Shown here piece by piece: positions 1 through 16,251 of a stretch of 64,000 bases of DNA. The stretch is taken from positions 71,486,001 through 71,550,000 of the forward strand of contig OZ024746.1 of the NCBI GenBank assembly GCA_964016885.1, in the 5' to 3' direction. Source of the stretch: Eledone cirrhosa. Taxonomy: Eukaryota. Position 1 is the stretch's first letter. Every line of letters begins with the position of its first letter. The position numbers and the translations under genes were made by a program. Below the pieces are notes generated by a model. That model had not been told where the DNA came from and did no database searches. It saw only the letters and a list, made by a program, of their open reading frames with translations.

Positions 1-292
1 AACGAGAATGAAACGCGTAGATTACTTCCCTTGCTTTTATCGAGAATCTAATTGTAATACGTGACGTATTCTATTCTATAGCGATTAGGTCTTCAAAATG
101 TTTATTATAAACATACAGAATATTTTCGAATATTCTATGTCTATATTCACATATATATCGCTATTTCAGAGCATTTATTCCAATTTCTAATTTCTGCCGG
201 ACCGGCAACCGCTCTTTCAAACCAGTTCCTGTACACAGCTAAGTATTCTATAAGTCTCTAGCTGTGTCATTCTCGATAAAAGCACTGGATAT

Positions 293-335
293 GTAGTCCT
301 GATGATTTCTAACGAGAATGAAACGCGTAGATTAC
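293..335 (+). ncRNA. Minimal type I hammerhead ribozyme
   Basis: GTAGTC-CTGATGA-T TTCT aacg AGAA T-GAAA-CGCG-TA|GATTAC; stem I GTAGTC/GATTAC (one G.U), palindromic CGCG stem III, predicted cleavage after 329. Confidence 0.8.
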
Positions 336-602
336 TTCCCTTGCTTTTATCGAGAATCTAATTGTAATACGTGACGTATTCTATTCTATAGCGATTAGGT
401 CTTCAAAATGTTTATTATAAACATACAGAATATTTTCGAATATTCTATGTCTATATTCACATATATATCGCTATTTCAGAGCATTTATTCCAATTTCTAA
501 TTTCTGCCGGACCGGCAACCGCTCTTTCAAACCAGTTCCTGTACACAGCTAAGTATTCTATAAGTCTCTAGCTGTGTCATTCTCGATAAAAGCACTGGAT
601 AT

Positions 603-645
603 GTAGTCCTGATGATTTCTAACGAGAATGAAACGCGTAGATTAC
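603..645 (+). ncRNA. Minimal type I hammerhead ribozyme (second array unit)
   Basis: Identical to 293-335, 310 bp downstream. Confidence 0.8.
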
Positions 646-797
646 TTCCCTTGCTTTTATCGAGAATCTAATTGTAATACGTGACGTATTCTATTCTATA
701 GCGATTAGGTCTTCAAAATGTTTATTATAAACATACAGAATATTTTCGAATATTCTATGTCTATATTCACATATATATATATATATATATGCATATG

Positions 798-855
<58 letters not shown>

Positions 856-1045
856 AGAACAAAGAGGGTGTGGTAAGAAACCAGATGGACCATAACGTAC
901 CAGAGGCCTCGATATTTAGGGTAGTAGAGTGGGTAATAGGAAAAGAGTCAGGACCCCGACGGCTGAGCTCCAGCCGTTTCGACAGCTAGATCCGACCTGT
1001 CGATCGAAACGGCCGGAGCTCAGCCGTCGGGGTCCTGACTCTTTT

Positions 1046-1050
<5 letters not shown>
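856..1050 (-). mobile_element. Family A (TA)n-flanked fold-back element carrying the 3' half of a hammerhead
   Basis: Inverted arms 936-982 and 1004-1050; contains GAAAC-GGC...GCC-GTC|GGGGT; shared body gtggtaag.aaccag.tggaccataacg recurs across the window. Confidence 0.8.
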
Positions 1051-1096
<46 letters not shown>

Positions 1097-1097
1097 A

Positions 1098-1162
<65 letters not shown>

Positions 1163-1276
1163 ACATATATATATATATATATACACGTTAGTATACAGAC
1201 ATGTGGATGCACAAATGTATGTATTGACAGTTGAAGTGAAGAGTGAGATGAAGAAACCGACTATTACCAGAAACCC

Positions 1277-2068
1277 CACCACCACCTCCACCACCTCCAC
1301 CACCACCACCACCACCATCACCACCACCACCACCACCACCACCACCTCCACCACCACCACCACCACCACCACCATCACCACCACCACCACCACCACCACC
1401 ACCTCCACCACCACCACCACCACCACCACCACCATCACCACCACCACCACCACCACCACCACCTCCACCACCACCACCACCACCACCACCATCACCACCA
1501 CCACCACCACCACCACCACCTCCACCACCACCACCACCACCACCACCATCACCACCACCACCACCACCACCACCACCTCCACCACCACCACCACCACCAC
1601 CACCATCACCACCACCACCACCACCACCACCACCTCCACCACCACCACCACCACCACCACCATCACCACCACCACCACCACCACCACCACCTCCACCACC
1701 ACCACCACCACCACCACCATCACCACCACCACCACCATCACCATCACCACCACCACCACCACCATCACCTCCACCACCACCAGCACAAGCACCAGCAGCA
1801 GCACCACCACCACTAACACTATCACCACCATTAACACCCCCACCACCATCACCACCACCACCACCACCAACACCACCTCCACCACCACCAGCACAAGCAC
1901 CAGCAGCAGCACCACCACCACTAACACTACCACCACCATTAACACCACCACCACCATCACCACCACCACCACCACCAACACCACCACCACCACCACCACC
2001 ACCACCACCTCCACCACCACCACCACCACCACCACCACCTCCACCACCACCACCACCACCACCACCAG
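1277..2068. repeat. (ACC)n microsatellite with periodic TCC/ATC interruptions
   Basis: Seen directly; explains the poly-Thr/Gly/Val ORFs. Confidence 0.95.
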
Positions 2069-2249
2069 CAATGGCCACTGGTGTTTACAGTTCTACACAT
2101 GTTTATATACACACCGGCCGTCATGTTTGTACACATGTCAGCCGGTCAGACCCTTTTCAATGTACCCCAATAGAGGGTTCACATTTCGGTTTAATGGGAT
2201 TACATGATACTCTTGGGGGATAGATAGAGTGATATAGATATGTAGGCAT

Positions 2250-5015
2250 GTACATACACATCTACATACACACACAAATACACACACACACACTAACACA
2301 TACACATACACATACACACACACACGCGTACACGCACACACACACACTAACACTAACACATACACACACACACGCGTACACGCACACTAACACATACACA
2401 TACACACACGCACGCGTACACGCACACACACACACTAACACTAACACACACACACACACACACACACTAACACTAACACATACACACACACGCGTACACG
2501 CACACACACACACACACACTAACACTAACACATACACATACACACACACGCGTACACGCACACACACACACTAACACTAACACACACACACACACACACA
2601 CACTAACACTAACACATACACACACACGCGTACACGCACACACACACACACACACTAACACTAACACATACACATACACACACACGCGTACACGCACACA
2701 CACTAACACATATACACGCGTACACACACACACACATACATACACACGCGTACACGCACACACACTAACACATATACGCGCGTACACACACACACACACT
2801 AACACTAACACATACATGCACACACGTACATGCACACACACTAACACATATATGCGCGTACACACACACACTAACACTAACACATACATACACACGCGTA
2901 CACGCACACACACTAACACATATACGCGCGTACACACACACACTAACACTAACACATACACACACACGCGTACACGCACACACAAACACACTAACACATA
3001 TATGCGCATGTACACACACGCACACACTAACACTGACACATACACACACACGCGCACACGCACACACACTAACACATATACGCGCGTGCACACACACGCA
3101 AACACTAACACTGACACATACACACACACGCGTACACGCACACACACTAACACCTATACGCGCGTACACACACGCACACACTAACACTAACACATACATA
3201 CACACGCGTACACGCACACACACTAACACATATACGCGCGTACACTACACACGCACACACACTAACACTAACACATACATACACACGCGTACACGCTCAC
3301 ACACTAACACATATACGCGCGTACACACACTAACACACACACAAACACTAACACATACATACACACGCGTACACGCACACACATTAACACATATACGCGC
3401 GTACACACACACACACTAACACTAACACATACACACACGCGCGTACACATACAGTAACACATATATGCGCGTGCACACACACGCACACACTAACACTGAC
3501 ACATACAAACACACACGCACGCGCCCACACACTAACACATATACGCGCGTACACACACACACACTAACACTAACACATACACACACACGCGTACACCCAC
3601 ACACACTAACACATATACACGCGTACACACACACACACATACACACGCGTACACGCACACACACTAACACATATACGCGCGTACACACACACACACACAC
3701 ACTAACACTAACACATACATACACACGCGTACACGCACACACAGTAACATATATACGCGCGTACACACACATACACACTAACACTAACACATACACACAC
3801 ACGCGTACACGCACACAAACACTAACACATATACGCGCGTGCACACACACGCACACACTAATACTGACACATACACACACACGCGTACACGCACACACAC
3901 TAACACATATACGCGCGTACACACACACTCTAACACTAACACATACATACACAAGCGTACACGCACACACACACTAACATATATACGCGCGTACACACAC
4001 ACACACACACTAACACTAAAACATACACACACACGCGTACACGCACGCACACACTAACACATATACGCGCATACGCACGCACACACTAACACATATACGC
4101 GCATACACACACACACACTAACACTAAAACATACACACACACGCGTACACGCACGCACACTAACACATATACGCACGTACACACACACACACTATCACTA
4201 ACACACACACACACACGCGTACACGCACACACACTAACACATATACGCGCGTACACACACACACACACAAACACTAACACATACACACGTACGCGTACAC
4301 GTACACACACACTAACACATATACGCGCGTTCACACACGCGAACACGCACATACACTAACACCTATACGCGCGTACACACACACACACACTAACACTAAC
4401 ACATACATACACACGCGTACACGCACACACACTAACACATATACGCGCGTACACACACACACACACTAACACTAACACATACACACACACGCGTACACGC
4501 ACACACACTAACACATATACGCGCGTACACACACACACACACTAACACTAACACATACACACACACGCGTACACGCACACACACACACTAACACTAACAC
4601 ATACATACACACGCGTACACGCACACACTAACACATATACGCGCGTACACGCGTACACGCACACACACTAACACATATACGCGCGTACACACACGTACAC
4701 ACTAACACATATACGCGCGTACACACACGTACACACTAACACTAACACATACACACACACGCGTACACACACACACACACTAACACTAACACATACATAC
4801 ACACGCGTACACGCACACACACTAACACATATACGCGCGTACACACACGCACACACTAACACTAACACATACACACACACGCGTACACGCACACACACAC
4901 TAACACATATACGCGCGTACACACACACACACACTAACACTAAAACATATACACACACACGCGTACACGCACACACACTAACACATATACGCGCGTGCAC
5001 ACACACACACACACG
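2250..5015. repeat. CA-rich minisatellite (motifs acactaacacatatacgcgcgtacacac / acgcgtacacgcacac)
   Basis: Degenerate tandem repetition over ~2.8 kb. Confidence 0.9.
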
Positions 5016-5085
5016 CATGCGTATCTGTGCCGCCTGTGTGTGTACTTAATGCCTACCTGTACATGCATTGACTACACACAAACAT

Positions 5086-5503
5086 CATCACCACCACCAC
5101 CACCACCAGCAGCAACACCACCACCACCACCACTAACACCACCACCACCACCACCACCACCACCACCACCAGGACCAGCATCACTACCACCACTACCAGC
5201 ACTAACATCATCACCACCACCAGCACCACCAGCCACCACCACTAACACCACCACCAACAACACCACCACCAGCACAAGCACCAGCACCAGAACTAACACC
5301 ACCACCACCAGCACAAGCACCAGCAGCACCACCACCACTAACACCACCACCACTAACACCATCATCATTATCACCACCACCATCACACCACCACTAACAC
5401 CACCACTAACATCACCACTACCACTAACACCACCACCACTAACACCATCATCATTATCACCACCACCATCACCACCACCACTAACATCACCACCATCACC
5501 ACC

Positions 5504-5535
<32 letters not shown>
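5086..5535. repeat. Degenerate (ACC/ATC/AGC)n trinucleotide repeat
   Basis: Seen directly. Confidence 0.9.
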
Positions 5536-5685
5536 GACAATTAACAACAACACCGACAACAAAATATCTAATAGTAACACAAAGACTACGTTATATAAAG
5601 GGAAGTAATATAATTGAAGAAGAATAAAGTCATTTGTATAGTAAAATGAAGTGATTATTTATGGTTCATTGGTGGTGTGAAGGTG

Positions 5686-5839
<154 letters not shown>

Positions 5840-5913
5840 ATATAATATATATATATATATTATATATGTATATATATATGTATATATATGTATATATATG
5901 TATGTATATACAT

Positions 5914-5978
<65 letters not shown>

Positions 5979-6068
5979 GAGAGAGTAGGTGGGATTTATA
6001 TTAAAGAGAATGGTCATTTGGTCTAAGAAAAATGATGTGTATATATGTCTATATATGTTTGTATATGT

Positions 6069-6163
<95 letters not shown>

Positions 6164-6186
6164 TATATATATATACATATATATAC

Positions 6187-6273
<87 letters not shown>

Positions 6274-6278
6274 TATAC

Positions 6279-6334
<56 letters not shown>

Positions 6335-6340
6335 GTCTTT

Positions 6341-6422
<82 letters not shown>

Positions 6423-7229
6423 GTATATATATGTATATGTATATATATGCATATACATGTACACACACACACACATATACATGTACACACACACACACAC
6501 ATATATATCGTTTCCCTACATATATTTATACATACAACAATAATCCCCACACACAAACACATACACACACGTACATACAGTACATACAGTTATATAATTA
6601 GTAGCGTCCGATACATTGATTGGAACTGTAACAATGTATCAGGTGACGAAATCGATAACACAGAGGGCGGAGCAGAGCGATCGGAATCGAATGTTATTGT
6701 AAGAGGCGGTGGTGGGGTGAAACCTTGTGTAGTATTGTGTTGGGCGACAACGTATTGGTAAGGTTTGGGGTGGGAGGGAGTGATTGAACTTCGGTGTCTC
6801 TCTCTCTATATATATACGCTGTATTGTTTTCACGCCTATAGCTTTTACTACGCCTGTTGTGAGGTTCTTGTTGTTAATGCTATTATGGTGGTACTTACTG
6901 TTGTTGTTGTTGTTGCTGTTTAGCCCCAGTTTGATACTTATCAATTAGTCATATGTTTTGGGGTGTGATTGAGGGAGAATTCGCTGCTATTTTCTACAGA
7001 TCTAGCAACTACGTGGAAGTTGCCTCGTTCATTTGTCGTATGATGATGCTTGCTGTTGTTGTTGTTGTTGTTTTTGTTGTTACCTTTTAACCCAATCAAT
7101 CCTGATCAAGTAGACATATCATCATGAGGGGATACTATGAGAGAAGCTGAGAGTGCTATATCTATCAGATCAAGCAAACACATCGTGAATACCTTACTGG
7201 CTCCACTATGTGTCCCTGCTTTGTTTTAC

Positions 7230-7560
7230 GGGCCCTGCAAAGTTTCAGACAGGACAACATTTCATGGGCCATGCTAAGTGTCACAGGCATGGCAAGAGGG
7301 TAACAAGCACAGTCAAGAGTCATAAGTATGGCAAAAGATCGCAGGCGTGGCAAGGTGTCTCAAGCACAGTAAAGCATCACAGGTACGACAAAAAGATCAC
7401 AGGCGTTTCAAAGGGCTACAGAGTATGCAAAGGGTCACGGGCTTGGCAAAAGGTCACAGGTAAGGTAAAAGTTCTCAGACCCTGTAAAGGGTCATGGCAA
7501 ACGATCTCAGACCATATTAAGTTTGACAGGCCATGCGAAGTTTCATGGGCCCTACTATGT
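7230..7560. repeat. Degenerate ~20-bp minisatellite (caaagggtcacaggcatgg-like)
   Basis: Recurrent tcacagg / ggcaa motifs at ~20-bp spacing. Confidence 0.55.
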
Positions 7561-8199
7561 TTCATAGACCAAATAATTCATCCAGGCACGCCAAATCTCC
7601 ATCCCTAACTTAGCAGAGAACATTTATAAATCTAACTATTTCTTATTCAACATTATAAATATTTAAAATATAGATCTTTAGATCGTGAACAAATAAATTA
7701 TTGGTTGCATTGGTGGGTATTTTGTAGATCCAAAATGAAGGCAAATTAGCAGAGTTGTTAGTATGGTGGATAGAATGCTTTGTAGTATTCATCCCAGGTC
7801 TCTTGGCTTTAAGTTCAAATCCTGCTGAGGTCAACTTTGCTTCTCCTTAGTCCAGTACCGGGGTTGATTCTTCTTCCATGTCTCTTCCTCACTTCCTTTC
7901 AATTACTATCTCCCTCTTTCTCTGAAAGAAATTGACTGCATTCAAACATGGAGAGCGGGTAGGCTCCACCAGGTTTAAAATATCCAGGAAACACCCGTAC
8001 AACTTCACCGGAAGTTACATATCCATAAGATAAGACCCAAAATACCATTGGATTGTGATAGAAATGATGGTGGGTTTTTTGCCGAAAGAAATAGACTGTC
8101 TACTTCCTTAGAATATAACATTTCGAAAGATCTATAGCGTTAGAGACAATCGTTGAGATTTTATTTACAGTGAAGATAGATGTCCAGGATTAAGATGGC

Positions 8200-8503
8200 G
8201 ATACTAATATGGATAGTGATGGCCGTGATGATTATGATGATGATGATAATGATGGTGATGATGATGATAATGAGGACGATGTTGATGATGATGATGATGA
8301 TGATGGCGATAATGATGATGGTGATAATGATGATGATGACGATGATAATGATGATGATGATGATGATGGTGGTCGTAGATACCGTAATCATGATGATGAG
8401 GACGCCATAGTTGTCAATAATGATGATGATGGCTCTCCTTATCATGATATTGACTAAAACGACGACGATGATGATTACGTTGACCAATGATGATGAGGAA
8501 GAA

Positions 8504-8562
<59 letters not shown>

Positions 8563-8720
8563 GGATGATGATAAATGATGGTCATTATGTTCATGATATT
8601 GACAATGAAGACGAAGATCTGACGACGATGACGATGATGATGGTGATGAAGGGGAGGTTGAATGATGATGATGATGTTATTGAAGATGAGGATGATATTC
8701 AAATGAAATAATGATGGTCA
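8200..8720. repeat. Degenerate (GAT)n repeat
   Basis: Seen directly. Confidence 0.9.
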
Positions 8721-9051
8721 GTACTGTTTAAGAAAGGACTGGTGGTGTGACGAAGTGTGATTTATACGGTTTTATTGATGTCCGTACTGACGACAGTTGA
8801 CCCAAGGCAGACATGAATGAAAGCAGCTCACCTAAGGGAGAGATGAATGCACGTGAAAACAATTTGAAGACAATACGTTGACACAAAGACTCATAAATAG
8901 GAGACAAATCAGTGTAAAAAGACTGTCTTATATTTCGCAGTGTTATTTGTAGTTCTTTTGTGTTTAATGAAATGTCTTCGTTGGAAGCGAAAGGGGGCGC
9001 TGTCCTACTTCCAGCCTTTGTAACAAACCCGAAGACAGTGCTCGACAAATT

Positions 9052-9232
9052 AAGGGCGGTGGATTGGCAGTATCAGTAGAGGGTCAGACGCCATGCTTTG
9101 CAGCATAGAGTTACCCCCCTTTACGGTCTGATTTCAAATCCCGCCGAGGTTAACTTTGCCTTTCATCCTTACGGAGTCGATAAAATAAAGTACCAGTAAT
9201 ACACTGGCCTAGTGCCAAAAGTAGAAACTAAT
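9052..9232 (+). mobile_element. tRNA-derived SINE (core ...ccgaggttaactttgcctttcatcc...gtcgataaaataaagtaccag)
   Basis: B-box-like ttcaaatcc followed by a conserved core; further copies at ~7750-7865, 24945-25800 (-), 35010-35100, 42980-43160, 44050-44190 (-), 50880-50930 (-). Confidence 0.75.
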
Positions 9233-9332
9233 ATATAGAGAGTAAGCTTCATTAGAAGTTTCTCAGAAAATATAGAAACTCTATTTTATGTATTGAGTAC
9301 TTATATCTCCATATATATATATATACGAAGAC

Positions 9333-9440
9333 GCATGACTTAGTGGTTAGGGGGTTGTATTCGCAATCGTGAGGTTGCGAGTTCAATCCTCCGGTGATGC
9401 GTAGTGTTCTTGAGCAAGACACTTTATTTTCATGTTGCTC
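9333..9440 (+). mobile_element. Second tRNA-derived SINE family (gacttagtggttag...gagttcaatcc...cttgagcaagacacttta)
   Basis: A-box/B-box-like head; relatives at ~9800-9860, 11700-11810, 39760-39880 (-), 43810-43910. Confidence 0.7.
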
Positions 9441-9749
9441 TTTCTGCCAGGAGTTGCGACCGGTAGATAGTAAGATAGTATCAGCGATGGAGAGATCAAT
9501 AGAATCATTGTTTCCTTGGTCTGATTTGACAAGGTCTTCTCCACTCGGCAAGCAAACGAGGCCTGTGATCTTGTCTATCGATCAGATATATATATATATA
9601 TATTTGATATATAAGATGGCCCACGAACAAAAGCACGTATTTTCACACTGAAATAACAAATTCTTCTTAAAAAAACACGCGCCTCTCTTTCTTTTTCTTC
9701 TAGTCTCTCTCAATCATCTACTCTTGACTTTTGTTATATATATATATAC

Positions 9750-9798
<49 letters not shown>

Positions 9799-9937
9799 AT
9801 GTGTTGTTTCCTTGAGCAAGACACTTTATTTCACATTGGTCCAGTTTACTCAGCTGTAGAAATCAAGCCTGAATCAGTTCCCGTCCCACCCTTGCAAGCA
9901 GGGAAAAGCGGACGTAAAATGGTGATGATGATGATGA

Positions 9938-10915
<978 letters not shown>

Positions 10916-10943
10916 ATACACACACATATATATATATATATTA

Positions 10944-10995
<52 letters not shown>

Positions 10996-11380
10996 AGTGT
11001 GTGTGTGTTTGTGTGTGTGCGTGTGTCTGTATATATATTTATATATATATATACATATATATCTGTGAATATGTAAGCCTATATATAATATAAATGCATA
11101 ATTTATATGCATGTTTTCGTGCTGTAGTTATATGTAATCTTTCAGTGTTTAAAATATAATAACATATCACTTCTTATAAAGTTAGAGAGACACTGTAGAA
11201 CAGTCAGGCTTTTGTTAAATGTATTATCGACGCCTTAGTTATTTAATTGGTCGTTCAGAATAACATCAGATATTTCCACACAATATGGTGACCATCGTTT
11301 ATCGATAATCAATAACAGTGTGCTAATGGAAGTCAATTATCTGTATGTATATTTGGATATGTATAAATATATATATATTA

Positions 11381-11443
<63 letters not shown>

Positions 11444-11507
11444 AACATATATATATTTATATATATAATATATATATATATATGCATACTTACATGCATG
11501 CATATAT

Positions 11508-11544
<37 letters not shown>

Positions 11545-11574
11545 GTATATAATATATTACACACACATAAACAG

Positions 11575-11660
<86 letters not shown>

Positions 11661-12062
11661 GGTGTATGTGTGTGTGTGAGTGAGTGTGTGAGTGTGGATA
11701 TGGGTGGCTTAGTGGTTAGGGCGTCGGGCTCACGGTAGCAAGTCCGTAACGTCAATTCATTCACAGCGGCACGTTTTGCTGTTTAACAAGACGTTTCTAT
11801 TTCACGTTGGTAGTAAATTTAGATTTCAAAAATGAATGGTACCTGTAATTCAAAGGGCTATGCTTGCCGCACATTATATTTCCCTGAATCTTCCTGGGGA
11901 GTACGTTAAGCATACACACGTCTGCGTGAAGCTTGGACTTGCTTGCACGTCATGGTTCCGTTGTTCAAACAACTGGAATATTGTAATCGGAAGCAGCGGA
12001 GGTCCAACAACAACAATATACACACAGACACACGCACACGCACGCACACGCACTCTCTCTCA

Positions 12063-12180
<118 letters not shown>

Positions 12181-12216
12181 CATATATATATATATGTATG
12201 TTTGTATGTATGTATG

Positions 12217-12512
12217 TGAAGCTTTTATATATTGCTTTATATCTGCTTATATCTGGAGATCTCTCTGCATGGTCACATGATCTCTCTGCACAGGCATTGC
12301 TTTATATCTGGAGATCTCTCTGCACTTGTCGTCACATGGTACCATGGGCCCAGCACTATGTGTCAATAATTGTCACAAGTGTAGTGTTTGTACCAGAGTT
12401 TTCAAGTCGCTGGCTGGACTAAAAAGTCACACTCGTTCAACGCATCGGTAGGAATTCTCCTACATGGATATAAAGTAGTGGCCGTACTGGAAAACGAGTT
12501 GGCAGCCACCAT
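12217..12512 (+). mobile_element. Non-autonomous RTE-related element, 3' part, ending in (ATGT)n
   Basis: Near-identical reverse copy at 41444-41680; ends ggcagccacc-atgtatg. Confidence 0.65.
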
Positions 12513-12599
12513 GTATGCATGCATGTATGTATGTAGAGCGGAAGAAATCATAAGAGTCAACGGCTATCGAAAAGTGTGTAAATATGTGTATACACATGT

Positions 12600-12925
12600 A
12601 CCGCGCGGTTAAACCACTGGGAGTGAAGGACCCCTAGCCTTTGTTAGGGCATTCTTCTAGGAGAAGGCAACTCAGGAAACTGGGATAACTCCGATATAAA
12701 ACCTGCGGCTCAGTAATTACCGATGATGTTGATCTTTTCTTCTTTTCGGGTTATAGCTACTGTCGCTCAGAGAGTGGGATCGGCTCAGTGCACAGTCTTT
12801 CCTCACTTTAAAAAATATCTTCACGCACAGGCATTGTACAATAGAATTAATTAATAATTATTAATAATGATGTATCATGCAATGGCCATACTCGATAACG
12901 AGGGGCCAGCCATCAAGTATGTATG
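12600..12925 (+). mobile_element. Diverged non-autonomous RTE-related element
   Basis: ctaggagaaggcaactc (RTE 5'UTR-like), homologous to the reverse complement of 41680-41850; tail gtatgtatg. Confidence 0.55.
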
Positions 12926-13009
12926 TAAACAGAAATAAAAACACAATCGGTACAGTATATGGAAGGAATATATGAGGTTAATGCTTGAAATAGCAGGAAG
13001 AGCGTCTTA

Positions 13010-13043
13010 CTTAACGTTTCGGACGTTAGTCCTTCATCAGAAG
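13010..13043 (-). ncRNA. Minimal type I hammerhead in a dispersed repeat (12930-13130; second copy 31705-31915)
   Basis: Minus strand: ctt-CTGATGA-a-GGAC taac GTCC-GAAA-CG-TT|aag. Confidence 0.65.
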
Positions 13044-13142
13044 AAAGAATGAGAAATTAGAAAGATTGAAAGGACGGATGAGGTGGAATTGGAAAAAATG
13101 TTTTTAGAGAAAAATCAGAAGTCCATTGATGTTGCCTTCTCT

Positions 13143-13198
<56 letters not shown>

Positions 13199-13759
13199 TA
13201 AAATTAGTCCTTCATCAGTGATCTTCCAACCGTCATTGGCATTTCTTCGCATTTAAGATCATATACCTCTGGTTGGTGCGAGCAATAACTAAAGAAAGTT
13301 ATTGGGACACGTAAAATAGGGTGAAGCGAGCGAGACATGTAAACAAACAGAGATGGTAATGCAAGGGAAAAAGAGGAAGAGGAGAAACAAGTCCGTGATA
13401 TCTATGAACTTAAGTTCGGTGAAATCATAGACAAGAGATACAGACCATCCGACCTGGGTGAGATGTGAGCGAGAAAAGGATTTCACACGTGTCAAACGGG
13501 AAGAAGTGAGAGAGGGGAGTAGCAGAGAGTGAGTGAGTGAAAGTGTGAGGAAGAGGCCAGCTGAGAGAGTGACTGGCAGAGGGGGTAAAACGGTAAGAGA
13601 TACAGAGAAAGGGGAAGCAGTAAGAAAGAAACAGACAGGTTACAGCGGAATATATATATGCGCGCACATACACACTGAGACACAAATATAGTTTGTTTGA
13701 TATAAATCCTGTTTCGAAGTTGTATAATCTTGGCAGTCATAAATAATATATATTTACAC

Positions 13760-14600
13760 CGTATATGGTTTAATTTATCAATGTCGGTATCAAAGGATGA
13801 AATAAGTGATAGAAGATCATTTTGTGTTTGACAAACAAGCTCTGCATCATCTGCGTAAAGAGGGTCTCTTACTAGGGACAAACATGTTTTTGACTTGGCC
13901 CTCAGTCGAGATATGTAAATTAAAAAGGTTTTTCGCTATAACTGTATTGTACGTATGTCCTTTCCTCGCTATCTTGAAAAGCAGTTTGAAGCATAACTGA
14001 AAAATAAATCGCATATATGGAGCATCAAAGCCTTTCTGTTTTATTTCATTTTTGACAGCAAAGGGTTTTGATAGTGAGCCTTTAAAATCAATTAGCACTT
14101 TCATTCTATTATGCTTGCTACTAACTATATTTCCAAATTTACTGGGACAATCACACTTTTTCAACACAAACCATGACACTGTCCAATCAACAGTATTAAA
14201 AGCTTTTGTGAGGTCTATAAAACAATGGTACAAGTCCAAATCTTGCTCTCTGCATTTTCCCTGAAGCTGTCGAGTAGTAAAAACCATGTCAGTACATCTA
14301 TTAAAATCCATTTAAGATTCTGAGATGGAGATTGGTGCAATATGCCCCACAAGGCGACCTAAAATGATGCTTGCTAAGACTTTGCCGACAACAGATAGCA
14401 AAGAAATTCCACGGAAATTCCCATACACATCAAGATTACCATTTTTAAAGAGTGGTACAAGGGTTGAATCCATCTAATCTTGAGCAACCGTTACTGTAGA
14501 GGAAAAATGTCGAATCATTGTATCAAGTATGATTCCACCAGCTTTGAGAATTTCTTCAGTTAACTCATTTATTCCAGTTAAAATGCCCTTGGAACCTTGC
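13760..14600 (-). pseudogene. RTE-clade LINE reverse transcriptase fragment
   Basis: Motifs GNFRGISLLSVVGK, CTDMVFTTRQLQGKCREQ, FIDLTKAFNTVD, LYADD; frameshifted. Confidence 0.85.
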
Positions 14601-15486
14601 AGAAGAGTTATTTACACTTATCTCACTGGTTTCACAATTTCATGATTTTTAAAAGTATTGAGATGGAAGGATGTAATATCATGCCGTATACAGTTTCACC
14701 TCTGACTGGAGTTTGAAGAATCCCTGGTTTTTATAGAGAAAACATAACTGAAATAGTTATCTGTTTAGGATTAATTTTGATTGCTGGCTACAGTTACGCC
14801 AAAATTTAAGGCTGTTTGGTGTTTAGGGTCCGAATTTAGGAGAAGATGGCGTTAGACAAATTCCGAATCGAAATCGAAGTATTACGATTAAGATCAGACA
14901 CAATTGAAGAAAATCTGAAACAATCGATGAACATATGGAAAATGGAATTGCGAAAAAAAAAAAAAACGAAACACCTCTAAGTTGGAGAGAAAATTTCGAA
15001 AATAGGCGAAAAGTGTTGCTTGGTTCAGTAATTAAGAAACTGATTAAAAAAACCAAATATTATAATGTAGAAAGCCAAAGTGTTCAAATTACAGTCACAA
15101 ACGGCAAGTACGATCCCCCCCCCCCCCCCCAAAAAAAAACATTTACGGTATAGCACCACGTTCCTCGATCTAACACAACTTTTGGAAATTTAAAAAATCT
15201 GAAACAGGTAAAGTTAATGTAAATAAATCTTATTAAATTGCATTTTCAACTTGTTTACTTTCTGTTGCTACAGGCGTGGCGAAAAAAGGAAAGAAAAAGC
15301 TATTTTCTAATACACACAGATGCACACGTACGCACGCACAAACACATACATATATACAGGCATATGTATGTATATACATACATAGATACAAATGTGCACA
15401 TATGTGTGTGTGTGTGTATGTGTATTTATGTGTGTATTTATGTGTGTATTTCTATGTATGGATATATGTTGTATATATATAAATAT

Positions 15487-15538
<52 letters not shown>

Positions 15539-15540
<2 letters not shown>

Positions 15541-15682
15541 CGAAGGAAGTGTGCTAAGGAACCAGATGCACCATAACGCACCATAGTACTCAAAACTTAG
15601 GGTAGTAGAGTGGGTAATAGGAAAAAGTTTAACTCCGAAAGCAGAGCTCAAGCCGTTTCGACGTCTATTTCTGGACTAGTCC
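15539..15682 (-). mobile_element. Family A element (single arm plus short ggactagtcc hairpin)
   Basis: Same body as 856-1050; TA-flanked. Confidence 0.75.
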
Positions 15683-15920
15683 ATATATATATATATATAT
15701 ATATATATCAATCTATCTATCTATGTGTGTGTATATAAATGTTGTACATACATCGGAAAGCCAATGTAAAAGCAGAATACTAAGCCAATATCACAGATAG
15801 ATTATAACATTCATAGCTAACGTTATGTGTTTCTTTAAACATGTGTATCTATATAATTTTGACGGACAAAATATCTATATCTATATCTATGTATATATCT
15901 ATGTCATACAGACATACACC

Positions 15921-15963
<43 letters not shown>

Positions 15964-15991
15964 TGTGTGTGTGTGTGTACAGAGTAACACA

Positions 15992-16213
<222 letters not shown>

Positions 16214-16251
16214 GTGTGTTCTGTTATTAATTTTGGCAATATTACACAAAT

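Larger units (their letters stand above)
1..770 (+). repeat. 310-bp tandem array (~2.5 units visible, runs off the left edge) with one hammerhead per unit; non-LTR retrozyme-like
   Basis: Identical sequence restarts at 1, 311 and 621 (aacgagaatgaaacgcgtagattac...); the array ends in (TA)n at ~770. Confidence 0.9.

Noticed and set aside
986-2207. Long poly-Gly/Val/Thr ORFs (also 29262-31041, 36174-37760, 38481-39569)
   Set aside because: Translations of trinucleotide repeats that are open in several frames and on both strands; no splice or domain context
6600-6765. Possible host exon ending in ttg|gtaagg
   Set aside because: A donor-like site only; no recognisable protein and no partner exons
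8728-9048. 106-aa minus-strand ORF
   Set aside because: Non-ATG start, no recognisable motif, length compatible with chance
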